DNA of 64,000 nucleotides from Synechococcus sp. (GCA_047284725.1 JBJBEO010000001.1:512001-576000), one strand, 5' to 3'. Shown: positions 48,217-62,013, counted from the stretch's first letter. Numbers and translations: made by a program. Notes: generated by a model from the letters alone, not told the origin.

Positions 48217-50274
48217 TCAGGCGATGAGGTTGCTCTCCAGCTCGATCTGTTGCTGACGGTTCTGACGTTCTGACTGCAATTCCAGTTCGTCTTGGTCGGC
48301 CGCGGCCAGGGGCAGATCGAACCAGAAGGTCGTCCCCACGTCAGGCTCGCTCACCATGCGGATCCTTGATCCATGCTTTTCAACGATGCCGCGCACGATC
48401 GAAAGGCCCAAGCCGGTACCGACTTCCGTGTGCACGGTGTTCTCCACGCGATAAAAACGCTCGAAAATACGTTGCTGATCGGCATCGCCGATCCCGCAGC
48501 CGGTGTCTGCGACTTCCACCCGTAAACGTGGTAATGGAGACACCAATTCGCAGAAGGGCGCTTCGCCTTCATCAGCATGAGTTTTTACCGGACTGTCCAT
48601 GCTGCAGACGTCTGGCCAGGTGTAAGCCTTCAAGCGCAGGCTGCCCCCTGGACGACTGAATTTGAGCGCGTTGCCCACCAGATTGTCGAGCACCTGCAAA
48701 AGTAGATCCCAGTTGCCGAGCACATCGGGTAATTCTGTTTCTGCATCGAGCACAAGGCTCACATTTTTATCGCTCGCATTGAGTTGATAACTGCGTAATG
48801 TCTGCTCCATGGCAGGGCGCAGTTCGATCGCGCTGAACTGCACCTTGCGCTCCGCTTCCAGTCGAGACAGGTCGAGCACATCGTTGACCAACCTGGTAAG
48901 GCGGTCGGTTTCGTCGTTGGCAACACCAAGAAACTCCTGCTTCTCCTTATCGGTGAGCTGATCCCCCATGTCGTACAGGGTTTCCACGTAGCTCTTGATG
49001 TTGAACAGCGGTGTACGCAACTCGTGCGACACGTTGCTGATGAATCGACTCTGGGCAGCGTTCAGCTCGACTTCACGGGTGAGGTCCTGGATGGTGACTG
49101 CAATGCCTTTGAGGCTTTCGCCACTGGCATCCCTCACGGCTTGCAGAACCACGCGGAGGGTGCGGGGCGGCTCACCAATGCTCCGGCGCAGTTCGTTGCT
49201 ATCGCTGAGGTTGTTGAGCACTGCATCCAGCGGATTATGCAATTCCACCGCCAAGAGCTCGGGGAGTTCGCCGAGGAACTCCTGGCCTTCAAGTCGGCGA
49301 CCCTCCCATCGAAACAGCCGGCGCGCTGTGGGGTTGGCCAGCACGATTTGGCCTTGTTCATCGAGCAGAACAGCGCCGTCGGCCATGGTGGCGATCAGCG
49401 AGGCCTGCTTCACCTGAGCTGCGGTGAGCTCTTCAATATTGGCGGCGTCGTAGGCCTGGAGCTGGGAGGCCATGGCGTTGAAGCCGTCGAGCAGTTCGCC
49501 CAGTTCACCGCCGACCGGAAGGCCGATGCGGGTCTGGAAGTCGCCAGTGGCAATTCTCCTCACTCCTCGGAGGAGTTCCTTGACCGGTCTGGTGATGGTG
49601 AGAGCGTTGAACACGGCTCCAAGGATCACCAGCACCCAGATGGAGATGAACACAGCAACGGTGACCTCACGGGTGAGAGCGGCGCTGGCCAGCCCTGTTT
49701 CGCTGGGGTTCACGCCCAGGGCGAGGACTCCGAGGTAACGACCATTGCGCACCAGGGGAACGAAAACATCCGTCACCTTTCCCTGGGGTGTGAGGTGTTG
49801 CCGCACCAGGGGGTTCTGCGGCCGAGTCCGCAGTTCATCGGGCAGCTCCAGGCGACGGCTCAGGCGTAAGTCTTCGCTGCCTCCAGTGGCCGCTCCGCTG
49901 ATGGGAATGCCGAGATAAACGACTCCTTCGGGATCAGCGAAGAAGATGTAGCGAAGGCTGGTGCTGGAGCGCCAGAATTTTTCGGCGACATTGGCCAGCT
50001 CCCTGTCTTGTCCCTGGTCGACCAGTTCGGTCACGTTGCCGGCCAGGAGCAAACCGAGGTCGCGGGCATAGCGCGTGTCGTTCATCACCGCGTCGCGCTG
50101 AATGCCGTTCAGAGCGAAAAAAGTGATGCCCGTCATCATCAGGCTCACCACGAGGGTGGCGATGGCCAGCAGCTTGGTCTGGAGGCTGAATTCCGCCCAC
50201 CACAGCCCGAACCGTTTCCACCAGCTGATGGAAACGGATTCAGTGTCTGTCTCAACTGGGGTGCTGGTGACCAT
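48217..50274 (-). CDS. nblS: Sensor histidine kinase NblS/Hik33 (HAMP-PAS-HisKA-HATPase)
   Basis: FSLQTKLLA, NVSHELRTPL, GTGLGLSIV. Confidence 0.92.
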   Translation of the reverse strand: MVTSTPVETDTESVSISWWKRFGLWWAEFSLQTKLLAIATLVVSLMMTGITFFALNGIQRDAVMNDTRYARDLGLLLAGNVTELVDQGQDRELANVAEKFWRSSTSLRYIFFADPEGVVYLGIPISGAATGGSEDLRLSRRLELPDELRTRPQNPLVRQHLTPQGKVTDVFVPLVRNGRYLGVLALGVNPSETGLASAALTREVTVAVFISIWVLVILGAVFNALTITRPVKELLRGVRRIATGDFQTRIGLPVGGELGELLDGFNAMASQLQAYDAANIEELTAAQVKQASLIATMADGAVLLDEQGQIVLANPTARRLFRWEGRRLEGQEFLGELPELLAVELHNPLDAVLNNLSDSNELRRSIGEPPRTLRVVLQAVRDASGESLKGIAVTIQDLTREVELNAAQSRFISNVSHELRTPLFNIKSYVETLYDMGDQLTDKEKQEFLGVANDETDRLTRLVNDVLDLSRLEAERKVQFSAIELRPAMEQTLRSYQLNASDKNVSLVLDAETELPDVLGNWDLLLQVLDNLVGNALKFSRPGGSLRLKAYTWPDVCSMDSPVKTHADEGEAPFCELVSPLPRLRVEVADTGCGIGDADQQRIFERFYRVENTVHTEVGTGLGLSIVRGIVEKHGSRIRMVSEPDVGTTFWFDLPLAAADQDELELQSERQNRQQQIELESNLIA

Positions 50275-50299
50275 CGCGCCTGGCAGTGAGATGGTGAGC

Positions 50300-51625
50300 C
50301 TAGGCCCGTCGAACCTGGTGACCGATGTCGCGCCGGTAGTGCATGCCGTCGAAGTGAACCTCGGACAGAGCGTCGTAGGCAGCGGCGAAGGCCTGATCAA
50401 AATCGCTGCCTTGGGCGGTCATCGTCAGCACGCGCCCCCCTGACGTCATCAGCTGGTTCTGCTCATCCCGGCGGGTACCGGCATGGAAGAGCTGCTGATG
50501 GCTGCTCTCAGGAAGGTTCACGCTGATCCGATCGCCTTTGCGCGGCGCTTCGGGGTAGCCGGCCGCCGCGGCCACCACGCAGACACTGCAATCGGGCCGG
50601 ATGCTGAGGGTGGGAGCCAGGTCAAGCCGTCCGAGGGCACAGGCTTGCAGCACCTGCGCCAATTCGGCTCCCATCAGGGGCATGAGGGTTTGGCACTCCG
50701 GATCCCCAAAGCGGCAATTGAATTCGATCACCTGAGGTCCACTGTCGGTGAGCATCAGACCGGCATAGATCACCCCGCGATAGTTGATGCCTCGGGCTCT
50801 CAGCGCCGACACCGTTGGTTCCAGCACCAGGCGGCGCACGGTCGCCAGCCCTTCAGCATCAAGAAGAGGGGCTGGTGCATAGGCCCCCATGCCGCCGGTG
50901 TTCGGTCCCTGATCGCCATCGAGCAGACGTTTGTGATCCTGGGCCGGCGGAAGCACTACCATCCGTTCGCCATCACAAAGAGCGAAGACCGATACCTCCG
51001 GGCCCTGCAGGCATTCCTCCAGCACCACCTTGTCGCCGGCACTGCCAAAGCGCCCCCCAAAAGCCTCTTCAATGGCTGCTGCTGTGGTCTCCACGCTGGT
51101 GGCGACAGTGACGCCTTTGCCGGCAGCCAGCCCATCGGCTTTCACCACCAGTGCTCGTTGCAACTGCTTCAGCAGATTCAACCCTTCTTCGGCGGAGCTG
51201 ATGGACCAGTGGCCAGCGGTGGGGATGGCCGCTTCGTCCATCAGCTGCTTGGCCCAGGCTTTGCTCGCTTCAAGCTGCGCACCATCGGCTCCGGGACCAA
51301 ACACCGCCAGTCCCGCGGCCCTCAGCTCATCAGCCAGACCTTTGGCCAACGGAGCCTCTGGCCCGATCACCACAAGGTCAATACCTTCGTTGCGGCAGTG
51401 ATTCAGCAGTCCTTCATGGTCGGTCTCTGCCAGGGGCAGGCGGCAATACCCACCCTCGCTGGATGAATCGGGGACCCCGCCGTTCCCAGGACTGACCCAG
51501 ACGGCTTCAATCCCGGGGCAGCGACTCAAGGCCCAGCCGAGGGCATGCTCACGCCCACCACTGCCAACGATGAGGAGTTTTTTCAGGGGGGGCAGGGTCT
51601 GAAGACCGGACGCAGAGTTGGCCAT
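50300..51625 (-). CDS. purD: Phosphoribosylamine--glycine ligase
   Basis: GSGGREHAL, KADGLAAGKGV, GPNTGGMG, EFNCRFGDPE. Confidence 0.97.
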   Translation of the reverse strand: MANSASGLQTLPPLKKLLIVGSGGREHALGWALSRCPGIEAVWVSPGNGGVPDSSSEGGYCRLPLAETDHEGLLNHCRNEGIDLVVIGPEAPLAKGLADELRAAGLAVFGPGADGAQLEASKAWAKQLMDEAAIPTAGHWSISSAEEGLNLLKQLQRALVVKADGLAAGKGVTVATSVETTAAAIEEAFGGRFGSAGDKVVLEECLQGPEVSVFALCDGERMVVLPPAQDHKRLLDGDQGPNTGGMGAYAPAPLLDAEGLATVRRLVLEPTVSALRARGINYRGVIYAGLMLTDSGPQVIEFNCRFGDPECQTLMPLMGAELAQVLQACALGRLDLAPTLSIRPDCSVCVVAAAAGYPEAPRKGDRISVNLPESSHQQLFHAGTRRDEQNQLMTSGGRVLTMTAQGSDFDQAFAAAYDALSEVHFDGMHYRRDIGHQVRRA

Positions 51626-51723
51626 GACAGCGGAACGGGCGGGGCAGGGCCCTTAGGTTTGAGCGGATCTCCTGGCGGACTTGCCGGGAGGATCTGTGTC
51701 CATCTTTGTTGAACGGCTGCCCC

Positions 51724-52713
51724 ATGGGGATTTCCTCGCTCTCCATTTCTCTGCTGCTCGCCGCCGTGCCCGTCCCTTTGGCTGGAGAGCGCACTGTTGC
51801 CGCAGCCCCGATGGACGCTGAGGTGTTCCAACAGGTGCTGTTGGAGGGTGAGGTGGTGCAACTGGGCGAGGCCTGCCGCGATGCGGCGCGATTCGGCCTC
51901 AATGACCGGCTGAAGCAGCTGCGCGACAGGTTGATGGTGGTGGCGCCATCGCCCCAGCCCTTTGCTGTGGTGATGGGCAATACGCGGGCTTTGCTGGCCT
52001 GCAAAGCGCCTGGCAGTGCTCGCAGGGTGCTCAGTCGCTATACCCCTGGTGCGGGGCCTAGACGTCAGCAGTGGCTGTTGCTGTCGTGGCGGACTGCTGC
52101 CGCTGCCCGTGACCATGAAGCGGCCATCCTGGCGTTGCGCCGCTTGGCGGCTGGCGACCTTGCGCGGCTTGACGCGGTGCAGTTGACGCTGGGTGACGAT
52201 GCCAGTGGCATGCCGGTAAGCCGTTCGGCTCTTGATCAACTGGCCGAGCATGAAGTGGCTCTGAACCGCCTTGACCGAGCCGCTGCTGTCGCACTCTCCG
52301 GTCGCGCCTCGGGCGTGCAAGGGGCACGTCGCCTGGCCCAGGCGGCGCGTTGGTTGGAGGCTCTGGGACAGAACGATGCCAGCAACCTGTTGGAAACAGC
52401 TCTTGATCAGGCGGCCTTGGCCCAGGCCTGGTCGCTGGCGGAGGAGCTGCTCACCATCCAGCTGCGCATGGAACGCAAGGCTGGAGGTGACGGGGCCAGA
52501 CCCCGCCAACGACTTGAACGTCTGGCCAGTCGTGTGGATGATCGCTACACCCTCTGGCAGCTGTTGCAGGACGACCCCGAGTCACCCGAAACAGAAGCCC
52601 GTCGTCGTGTGCTTGAGCAGCAGCTGCGCTCCCCGCGACCGGCAGCGGCAAGCACCCTGGGAGAATCGGAACAGGAGGAGCCCGTCGGCTCCGATTCGCC
52701 TGCAACTCCATGA
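51724..52713 (+). CDS. Conserved hypothetical exported helical protein
   Basis: Signal-like N-terminus; overlaps the purC start. Confidence 0.7.
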   Translation: MGISSLSISLLLAAVPVPLAGERTVAAAPMDAEVFQQVLLEGEVVQLGEACRDAARFGLNDRLKQLRDRLMVVAPSPQPFAVVMGNTRALLACKAPGSARRVLSRYTPGAGPRRQQWLLLSWRTAAAARDHEAAILALRRLAAGDLARLDAVQLTLGDDASGMPVSRSALDQLAEHEVALNRLDRAAAVALSGRASGVQGARRLAQAARWLEALGQNDASNLLETALDQAALAQAWSLAEELLTIQLRMERKAGGDGARPRQRLERLASRVDDRYTLWQLLQDDPESPETEARRRVLEQQLRSPRPAAASTLGESEQEEPVGSDSPATP

Positions 52714-53462
52714 CCATGTCTCCCGGCCCCCTTCTCTATGAGGGAAAGGCCAAGCGTGTGTATGCAACCGATCAAGACGACCGGGTGCTGGTGGAATACA
52801 AGAACGACGCCACCGCGTTCAATGCTCTGAAAAAAGAGCAGATTCCTGACAAGGGTCGCTTGAATTGTCAAATCTCGGCCAGGCTGTTCGAAGTGCTCGA
52901 TCAGGCCGGGATCCCCACCCATTACCTCGGCCTGGTGGATGAGACCTGGATGGCCGTGGAGAGCGTGAAGGTGATTCCGCTGGAAGTGGTGTTGCGCAAT
53001 GTCGCCACGGGCTCTCTGTGCAAGCAGGCTCCGATTGAGAAGGGAACCTGCCTCGACCCTGCCCTGCTTGACCTCTATTACAAGGATGATGCCTTGGGGG
53101 ATCCGCTGCTCACGGAAGCGCGTTTGGAGTTACTGCAGTTGGTGACTGCGGATCAGCGTCAGGCGATTGAGGCGCTTGCCCGGAGCGTCAATGCCGTGCT
53201 GGTGCCGTTTTTTTATGCATTGGATCTGCAGCTGGTGGATTTCAAGTTGGAGCTGGGTTTCAATCAAAAGGGTGCGTTGGTGGTGGCTGATGAGATCAGT
53301 CCTGACACCTGCAGGCTCTGGGATCAGAGGGTCAGCGACCCGAACGACCGCATTCTTGATAAAGATCGCTTCCGTCAGGATCTCGGTGGTGTGATCGAGG
53401 CCTACGGGGAGGTCTGCAAACGGGTCCAAGGGGCCTGCCCGAACCCCCGCAACTACAGGTAA
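52710..53462 (+). CDS. purC: SAICAR synthetase
   Basis: [33 protein letters not shown]. Confidence 0.97.
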   Translation: MTMSPGPLLYEGKAKRVYATDQDDRVLVEYKNDATAFNALKKEQIPDKGRLNCQISARLFEVLDQAGIPTHYLGLVDETWMAVESVKVIPLEVVLRNVATGSLCKQAPIEKGTCLDPALLDLYYKDDALGDPLLTEARLELLQLVTADQRQAIEALARSVNAVLVPFFYALDLQLVDFKLELGFNQKGALVVADEISPDTCRLWDQRVSDPNDRILDKDRFRQDLGGVIEAYGEVCKRVQGACPNPRNYR

Positions 53463-53504
53463 GGTCTCGGGAACTTCGAGGCCTCAGGGCCGGTTGCCCC
53501 CTCC

Positions 53505-55814
53505 ATGGTCAATCTCTCCTCAAGCCTGAGCAACAACGTCTTTTACAAGGGGGCATTGGGTCTTGCTTTGTCATTGCCCCTGCTGACGGCACTGCCGGCA
53601 CGGGCTCAGACGGAAGCGATCACCGAAACAGACACCGAGTCGTTGACGGTTGACGTGCTTGAGCAACCCACGGGCGATGGCGAAGTGGCTGACGAGGTTG
53701 AGGTCGAGGCGACCGAGGTCGACAGTGTTGAGGTTGACGTTGAATCCACTCCTGCGGCTCAGCCGATTCCGGTGGAGCAGCCCCTGGTTGAGCAGGTGCC
53801 CGAGCAGCCTCGTGTGTTGATCAGCGAGGTGGTGATCGAGGGTCTCCTCAGTCATCCGGAGAAAGAGCGTCTTGAGTTGGCTGCCTATGACGCCATGGCC
53901 GTACGACCGGGCAGCCGTGTCACCCGTGATGAACTCAAGGGTGACCTGGATGCGATTTATGCGACGGGATGGTTCTCCGATGTGCGCATCGAGCCGATCA
54001 ATGGCCCACTGGGCGTCCAGCTTGTGGTGCAAGTCGTCCCTAATCCTGTTCTCACCAAAGTTGAGTTAGCACCAGAGGACTCCATTCTTCCTGATACGGT
54101 CATTGCTGACACGTTCAGCTCTGATTACGGCCGCACCCTCAACCTCAATGAGTTGCAGCTGCGGATGAAGCAGTTGCAAACCTGGTACAGCAAGGAGGGA
54201 TATTCTCTGGCCCGGGTGTCCGGTCCCAGCCGTGTTGGCCCCGATGGTGTTGTGGTCCTCAAGGTGGTGATCGGCACCGTTTCCGATGTTGAGGTGAAGT
54301 TCCTCAATAAAGACGGTGAGTCCACCAATGACAAAGGTGAGCTGATCAAGGGTAAAACCAAGCCCTGGGTGGTGACGCGAGAAATTTCGATTCAGCCTGG
54401 AGAGCCCTTCAATCGAACTCAGCTTGAGGAGGATCTCAAGCGTTTGTATTCCACCTCTCTCTTCAGTGATGTGAAGGTGACCCTGAAGCCGGTGGCCGGC
54501 GAGCCTGGTCAGGTGATCATTGTGCTTGGCATTGTCGAGCAGTCGACGGGTTCCCTCTCCGGTGGTCTCGGCTACAGCCAGAGCCAAGGTGTGTTTGGCC
54601 AAGTGCAATTGGCCGATAGCAATATGTTCGGTCGTGCCTGGAATTTTGCTCTCAATCTCACCTACGGCCAATATGGTGCGCTCGCGAACTTCACATTCAC
54701 CGACCCGTGGATCAAAGGTGACAGCCACCGTACCTCGTTCCGTACATCACTCTTCCTGAGTCGTGAAGTTCCTCAGGTTTTTCAGTCTCAGAACAATGGC
54801 AACATCCTGACGTTGAGGGACTATGCCGACAACGGTGGCCAATACGCCTATTCGATTGACAATCCCCCAAGCCGTTTCAACGAAGATCGGTTTAAGAATG
54901 TCGATCAGGCTGATAAAGACTTCCCTGATACCAGTTGGTTTGAATACGAGGGCGATTCTGTTGCCCTTCAGCGTGTGGGAGGCACGATCATTTTTGCCCG
55001 TCCGCTCAATGGTGGTGACCCCTACAAGGTTGCTCCCTGGAGCGCACTGGTTGGCTTGAATATTCAGAGTGTGCGTCCTATTAATTTTGCTGGGGACACG
55101 AGGCAATATGCATTGCCGAACAGAAATATTGACGACGATCGCATTGAAAATGACGACATTATCTGCATTGCCTTTAATTGCGCGACTGAGAATAATCTTG
55201 TTGGCCTTCGCATGGCGGCTACATACAGTAATATTAATGATCCAAGGAATCCGACCTCGGGTAATTTCTTTAGTTTTGGTACTGAGCAATTTGTTAGTGT
55301 GGGCGAAAATTCTCCCACGTTCAACAAAGTTCGAGCCAGTTATACCCATTTCATTCCGGTGAATTGGTTGAAGCTTGCGAAGGGATGTCGTCCGAAGGAA
55401 GGAGAGAAAGCCAATTGCCCGCAAACGCTGGCGTTCCAGTTCAAGGCCGGCACCGTTCTGGGGCAATTGCCCCCCTATGAAGCGTTCTGTATGGGAGGTT
55501 CGAATTCCGTGCGTGGTTGGGCTGACTGCGATCTGGCCGTCGGACGAAGCTTCGGTGAGGCAACGATTGAATATCGCTTCCCGATTATCAGCATTTTCTC
55601 GGGCGAACTGTTTGCAGACGCGGGTACTGACTTCGGCAGTCAGTCGAATGTTCCAGGCAAGCCTGGACAATTGCTTGAAAAGCCCGGCTCCGGTTTCTCT
55701 GTGGGCGCTGGTGTGATCGTCACGACCCCTGTGGGTCCCCTGCGTTTGGAGATGGCCAGTCAGGATTTCACCGGAGACTGGCGTTTCAACCTTGGTGTTG
55801 GCTGGAAGTTCTGA
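53505..55814 (+). CDS. bamA: Omp85/BamA outer-membrane assembly factor
   Basis: POTRA domains, GGSNSVRGW, C-terminal FNLGVGWKF. Confidence 0.93.
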   Translation: MVNLSSSLSNNVFYKGALGLALSLPLLTALPARAQTEAITETDTESLTVDVLEQPTGDGEVADEVEVEATEVDSVEVDVESTPAAQPIPVEQPLVEQVPEQPRVLISEVVIEGLLSHPEKERLELAAYDAMAVRPGSRVTRDELKGDLDAIYATGWFSDVRIEPINGPLGVQLVVQVVPNPVLTKVELAPEDSILPDTVIADTFSSDYGRTLNLNELQLRMKQLQTWYSKEGYSLARVSGPSRVGPDGVVVLKVVIGTVSDVEVKFLNKDGESTNDKGELIKGKTKPWVVTREISIQPGEPFNRTQLEEDLKRLYSTSLFSDVKVTLKPVAGEPGQVIIVLGIVEQSTGSLSGGLGYSQSQGVFGQVQLADSNMFGRAWNFALNLTYGQYGALANFTFTDPWIKGDSHRTSFRTSLFLSREVPQVFQSQNNGNILTLRDYADNGGQYAYSIDNPPSRFNEDRFKNVDQADKDFPDTSWFEYEGDSVALQRVGGTIIFARPLNGGDPYKVAPWSALVGLNIQSVRPINFAGDTRQYALPNRNIDDDRIENDDIICIAFNCATENNLVGLRMAATYSNINDPRNPTSGNFFSFGTEQFVSVGENSPTFNKVRASYTHFIPVNWLKLAKGCRPKEGEKANCPQTLAFQFKAGTVLGQLPPYEAFCMGGSNSVRGWADCDLAVGRSFGEATIEYRFPIISIFSGELFADAGTDFGSQSNVPGKPGQLLEKPGSGFSVGAGVIVTTPVGPLRLEMASQDFTGDWRFNLGVGWKF

Positions 55815-56671
55815 TGGTCACCTGGCCGACTGATTACAACGGGGCCTGGACCCTGGCGGGTCCCGTCAGCCGTGCTGGTGTCGGTTTGCACAGCGGCGAT
55901 TCGGTGTCGGTGACGTTGCTTCCCAGTGAGAAGCCGGGATTTTTTGTGTCGTGGCATGACACTCCGCAACGCGCACCGGTGCGGTTGGCTCCCTCCCAGG
56001 TGCGCGATAGCCAGCTCTGCACCACGCTTGACCTGGGTGACAGGCATCTGTCGACTGTCGAGCATCTTCTGGCAGCCCTCGCCGGCACCGGAATCACCCA
56101 TGCCGAACTGCGTATGCGTGGCGGCGAGGTTCCCTTGCTCGATGGGTCGGCCCTTGATTGGGTCGATGCGATTGCTGAAGCCGGTCTGGCTCCTGCCGCA
56201 ACAGCTCCCCCGCCGCGGCCGAACCTCCAGCATGCCGTCATGAAGCATCGCGGTGCAAGCGTGATCACCGCTGTTCCTGCCGAAGCGTTCAGTGTGGTGG
56301 GGGTGATTGATTTCCCTCAGTCAGCCATCGGGCGTCAGCAGGTTGCTCTCACGGTCACTCCAGAGGTGTTCGTGCGTGAGATCGCTCCCGCGCGCACCTT
56401 CGGATTCCGCGACCAGGTGGAGCAACTCCGATCCGCCGGGTTGATTCAGGGTGGAGCCTTGGACAATGCTTTGGTCTGTGATGGCGATCACTGGCTCAAT
56501 CCTCCGCTGAGGTTCGATGATGAACCAGTGCGCCATAAGCTCTTGGACCTGATCGGGGATCTGGCTCTTGTCGGCTTCCCTTGTGCGCAGGTGCTGGTTT
56601 ATCGGGGTTCCCATGGCCTGCACACTGATCTCGCCGCTTCCCTTGCGGCCACCACTCTCCCCTCCAGCTGA
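55814..56671 (+). CDS. lpxC: UDP-3-O-acyl-GlcNAc deacetylase
   Basis: [35 protein letters not shown]. Confidence 0.96.
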   Translation: MVTWPTDYNGAWTLAGPVSRAGVGLHSGDSVSVTLLPSEKPGFFVSWHDTPQRAPVRLAPSQVRDSQLCTTLDLGDRHLSTVEHLLAALAGTGITHAELRMRGGEVPLLDGSALDWVDAIAEAGLAPAATAPPPRPNLQHAVMKHRGASVITAVPAEAFSVVGVIDFPQSAIGRQQVALTVTPEVFVREIAPARTFGFRDQVEQLRSAGLIQGGALDNALVCDGDHWLNPPLRFDDEPVRHKLLDLIGDLALVGFPCAQVLVYRGSHGLHTDLAASLAATTLPSS

Positions 56672-56678
56672 AGTTCCC

Positions 56679-57140
56679 TTGTCTCAGGTCTCTCCTGCTC
56701 CCAACGAACCGCTGCTCAACAGTGAACAGATCATGGGGCTCCTTCCCCATCGTTACCCGTTTGCTCTTGTTGACCGGGTCCTCGAGCATGAGCCTGGGGT
56801 GCGAGCGGTGGCCATCAAGAACATCACCTTGAATGAACCACAATTCCAGGGACATTTCCCTGAGCGCCCTCTCATGCCGGGTGTGCTGATCGTCGAGGCG
56901 ATGGCGCAGGTAGGAGGACTGATCGTGAAGCAGATGCCTGACCTCCCGAACGGACTCTTCGTGTTTGCTGGCATCGATGGTGTGCGCTTTCGCCGCCCCG
57001 TGGTGCCAGGGGATCAGCTGCGGATCAGTTGTGAGCTCGTCAGCCTCAAGCGTCGGCGCTTCGGGAAGGTGAAAGCCGAAGCCACCGTGGATGGCCAGTT
57101 GGTGTGTTCCGGCGACCTGATGTTCTCGATGATGGACTGA
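56679..57140 (+). CDS. fabZ: 3-hydroxyacyl-ACP dehydratase
   Basis: [30 protein letters not shown]. Confidence 0.96.
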   Translation: MSQVSPAPNEPLLNSEQIMGLLPHRYPFALVDRVLEHEPGVRAVAIKNITLNEPQFQGHFPERPLMPGVLIVEAMAQVGGLIVKQMPDLPNGLFVFAGIDGVRFRRPVVPGDQLRISCELVSLKRRRFGKVKAEATVDGQLVCSGDLMFSMMD

Positions 57141-57145
57141 GGGCC

Positions 57146-57991
57146 ATGACCGAGAACGCAGCTCCAGCGATCACCAACGACCAAGGCGCCCAGATCCACC
57201 CTCTCGCCTGTGTGGATCCCAAAGCTGAATTGGCTGACGGTGTGGTGATCAGCCCCGGCGCCGTGGTGGGCCCTGACGTGCGCATCGGCGCCGGTACCTG
57301 GATTGGCCCCCACGTGGTGCTGGATGGACGGCTCACGATTGGCCGTCACAATCGCGTCTTCCCCGGTGCTTGCCTCGGGCAAGAACCTCAAGACCTCAAG
57401 TACAAAGGTGCTCCCACTGAAGTGGTTATCGGTGATCACAACACCATTCGCGAATGCGTGACCATCAACCGCGGTACAGAGGAGGGAGAGATCACTCGCA
57501 TCGGCGATCGGAATCTGTTGATGGCCTATTGCCACCTGGGTCATTTCTGCCAGCTCGGCAATGACATCGTGATGTCCAACGCGATTCAAGTGGCTGGTCA
57601 TGTGGTGATCGAAGACCGTGCGGTGATCGGAGGCTGTCTGGGTATTCATCAGTTCGTTCATATCGGCTGTATGGCGATGGTCGGCGGCATGACCAGGGTC
57701 GATCGCGATGTCCCTCCTTACTGCCTGGTGGAAGGCCACCCCGGCCGTGTGCGCGGTCTCAATCGGGTTGGATTGCGTCGCAGCGGTATGGCGGACCGCC
57801 ATGAGGGCCGCGAACTGAAGCAGCTCCAGGAGATCTGGTCCTTGCTCTATCGCTCAGACCACGTGATGGCGGATGCCCTGCATCTGGCCCGTCAGCAGAC
57901 CTTGCTGCCGTGTGCGGATCACCTCTGCCAGTTTCTGGAGGGTTCCATCAGCAAGGGACGCAGAGGCCCCATGCCTGCTGGCGGCCGCTGA
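57146..57991 (+). CDS. lpxA: UDP-GlcNAc O-acyltransferase
   Basis: Hexapeptide repeats, [27 protein letters not shown]. Confidence 0.96.
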   Translation: MTENAAPAITNDQGAQIHPLACVDPKAELADGVVISPGAVVGPDVRIGAGTWIGPHVVLDGRLTIGRHNRVFPGACLGQEPQDLKYKGAPTEVVIGDHNTIRECVTINRGTEEGEITRIGDRNLLMAYCHLGHFCQLGNDIVMSNAIQVAGHVVIEDRAVIGGCLGIHQFVHIGCMAMVGGMTRVDRDVPPYCLVEGHPGRVRGLNRVGLRRSGMADRHEGRELKQLQEIWSLLYRSDHVMADALHLARQQTLLPCADHLCQFLEGSISKGRRGPMPAGGR

Positions 57992-59169
57992 TGGTGCGTG
58001 TCCTGATCAGCACCGGAGAGGTGTCTGGCGATCTGCAGGGTGGGCTTCTGGTGGAAGCGCTGTACCGTCAAGCGGCTCTCCGGGGCCTATCGCTTGAGGT
58101 GATGGCCCTGGGGGGGCAGCGCATGCAGGCAGCGGGGGCTGAATTATTGGCCGATACGGCCCCCATGGGGGCCATTGGTCTATGGGAGGCTCTGCCACTC
58201 GTGCTGCCAACGCTGAAACTGCAGGCCCAGGTGAACAGGGTTCTGAATCAGCGCCCCCCCGATGCGGTGGTGCTGATCGATTACATGGGCGCCAATGTGC
58301 GTTTGGGCAAGCGTCTACGCAGAGATTTGCCTCAGGTGCCGATCACTTATTACATCGCTCCGCAGGAATGGGCCTGGCGAATGAATGATGGGGGCACCAG
58401 CAGTCTGCTGGCGTTCACCGATCGCATTCTGGCGATCTTTCCTGACGAGGCCTCCTTCTACGCCGCCCATGGGGCTGCAGTCACCTGGGTGGGGCATCCT
58501 CTGCTGGATCTGGCCTCCCGTCGCCCTGACCGCCATGGGGCCTGCCGCCAGCTGGGGCTTGATCCTGATGGTCGTCTGCTGCTGCTGTTGCCAGCATCAC
58601 GGCCCCAGGAGTTGCGCTATCTGATGCCTGTGCTCGCCAAGGTGGCTGCTGCACTGCAAGCGAGAGATCCTTCCCTGTCGGTCATCGTGCCAGCCGGACT
58701 CCAGCGCTTTGAGCAGCCCCTGGCGGATGCGCTGGTGGAGGCTGGTGTGCGCGGCAGGGTGATCGCGGCGGATGAGGCTGATGCACTTAAACCGGCCTTG
58801 TTCGCTGCAGCGGATCTGGCGTTGGGCAAATCGGGCACCGTCAATCTCGAATTGGCGCTCCAGGGGGTTCCGCAGGTGGTGGGTTATCGGGTCAGTCGCC
58901 TGACCGCTTGGGTGGCGAAGAATCTGTTGCGCTTTCGGGTGGATCACATTTCGCCTGTGAATCTGCTGCTGAAAGAGCGGTTGGTCCCCGAACTGCTGCA
59001 GGATGACTTCACCATGGAAGGCTTCCTGAAGCAGGCAGTGCCGTTGCTGGAGAACAGTCAGGAGCGTGATCAGATGCTGGAGGGCTACAGGCGCCTCCGC
59101 GAGACCCTGGGGACTCCTGGCGTCACCGACCGTGCCGCTGTGGCCATTCTCGATTCAATCTCTCCATGA
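57991..59169 (+). CDS. lpxB: Lipid-A-disaccharide synthase
   Basis: [29 protein letters not shown]. Confidence 0.95.
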   Translation: MVRVLISTGEVSGDLQGGLLVEALYRQAALRGLSLEVMALGGQRMQAAGAELLADTAPMGAIGLWEALPLVLPTLKLQAQVNRVLNQRPPDAVVLIDYMGANVRLGKRLRRDLPQVPITYYIAPQEWAWRMNDGGTSSLLAFTDRILAIFPDEASFYAAHGAAVTWVGHPLLDLASRRPDRHGACRQLGLDPDGRLLLLLPASRPQELRYLMPVLAKVAAALQARDPSLSVIVPAGLQRFEQPLADALVEAGVRGRVIAADEADALKPALFAAADLALGKSGTVNLELALQGVPQVVGYRVSRLTAWVAKNLLRFRVDHISPVNLLLKERLVPELLQDDFTMEGFLKQAVPLLENSQERDQMLEGYRRLRETLGTPGVTDRAAVAILDSISP

Positions 59170-59810
59170 TGTTGATGCTCATACGCGCCTTGCGTGGCCT
59201 GATCACGGTTCTGTTGCTGGTCGGTTTGTTCGGACCGGTTCCCGCAGCTCGGGCCGGTGCCACGCAGGAAGCGGTCCTGGCAGGAGGTTGCTTCTGGTGC
59301 CTTGAGCACGATCTTGAGACCTTGAAAGGGGTGTTGTCGGCGGAAAGCGGCTACAGCGGAGGACATGTCGACCGCCCGACGTATCGACAGGTGAGTGGTG
59401 AGACAACCGGGCATCAAGAGGCGGTACGAGTCCGCTTTGATTCAGGGGTGATCAGTTATGCCACGTTGTTGCGCAGCTACTGGCGCAACGTCGATCCTCT
59501 GGATGGCGGTGGCCAGTTCTGTGATCGAGGTGATTCCTATCGCCCCGTGATTTTCACCGCTGATGCGTCTCAGCAGCAGACGGCCAAGGCCAGTGCAACG
59601 GCAGCGGCCCGGGAGCTCGGCGTGTCGCTTGAACGCATCAGGGTGGAGATCCGCGAAGCGGCTCGATTCTGGCCCGCTGAGGGTTACCACCAGAATTACG
59701 CAGACCGCAACCCGATTCAGTACAACTACTACCGCTGGGCCTGTGGTCGAGATAAGCGCTTGGATGCTGTCTGGAGCTCAGCGGCCCGGAGCGGCGATTC
59801 TTGGAAGTGA
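59166..59810 (+). CDS. msrA: Peptide methionine sulfoxide reductase A (exported)
   Basis: [22 protein letters not shown]. Confidence 0.94.
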   Translation: MMLMLIRALRGLITVLLLVGLFGPVPAARAGATQEAVLAGGCFWCLEHDLETLKGVLSAESGYSGGHVDRPTYRQVSGETTGHQEAVRVRFDSGVISYATLLRSYWRNVDPLDGGGQFCDRGDSYRPVIFTADASQQQTAKASATAAARELGVSLERIRVEIREAARFWPAEGYHQNYADRNPIQYNYYRWACGRDKRLDAVWSSAARSGDSWK

Positions 59811-59975
59811 GAGCTCTTGGATCTGGAGTTCGACCAGGGATTGCAAATATGAGGAAAATCTGAAGAGGTTCTTGTTCTTTTTCTTGCCGATTTCTCAGTG
59901 AAGGTACGGGTTTTCCCTACTTCGCTGCATCGCAGGTGTTGGTTACCATTTCGTGGTGATTCGTGGGAGAGATGT

Positions 59976-60188
59976 ATGTATCTGCTGACCATCAAAGACG
60001 GGCTGGTGACGCGTCATGTTGGTCCCTACCCTTCGCCGAAGCAGGCATCTGATGATCTCGAGCGTGTCTTGACTTCCTGCTCGGATCGGGCGCGCTGGCA
60101 GATTCATGCACTCGAATGTCCGGGCGATGTTCCTTTCGGTCAGGTCGCGGGTGATGAAGAACGTTCAATGGCTGCGATTGCATCCTGA
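59976..60188 (+). CDS. Conserved hypothetical protein
   Basis: MYLLTIKDGLVTRHVGPY...RARWQIHALE. Confidence 0.65.
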   Translation: MYLLTIKDGLVTRHVGPYPSPKQASDDLERVLTSCSDRARWQIHALECPGDVPFGQVAGDEERSMAAIAS

Positions 60189-60207
60189 GCCAGGCTTAGG
60201 TCAGCCC

Positions 60208-60456
60208 TCACTTGCGCTGTTGCGGATTTGAACGGGTCGGAAAGCCCCGAAGCAGTCCACTTTCAATCATCAGGCCGACGCCTGCATTGATCAACACGAG
60301 GCTGAGCACGCCGTACCACCACCAGGGGCCGATGTCGCTCCCGGCGAGTTGAAGGGTCCGACGGCTGACGGCTTCCCCAAACATGCAAAAGCCAGCTGGG
60401 AGAAGAAGGATGCCCAGCTGGGCTTTCACAAACCAGCGCAAGGGGCTGGATGCCAT
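60208..60456 (-). CDS. Small two-TM membrane protein
   Basis: 82 aa with two hydrophobic segments. Confidence 0.7.
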   Translation of the reverse strand: MASSPLRWFVKAQLGILLLPAGFCMFGEAVSRRTLQLAGSDIGPWWWYGVLSLVLINAGVGLMIESGLLRGFPTRSNPQQRK

Positions 60457-60483
60457 AAGGGCTTGCTCCGTTGTGGGTGGAAT

Positions 60484-62013
<1,530 letters not shown>

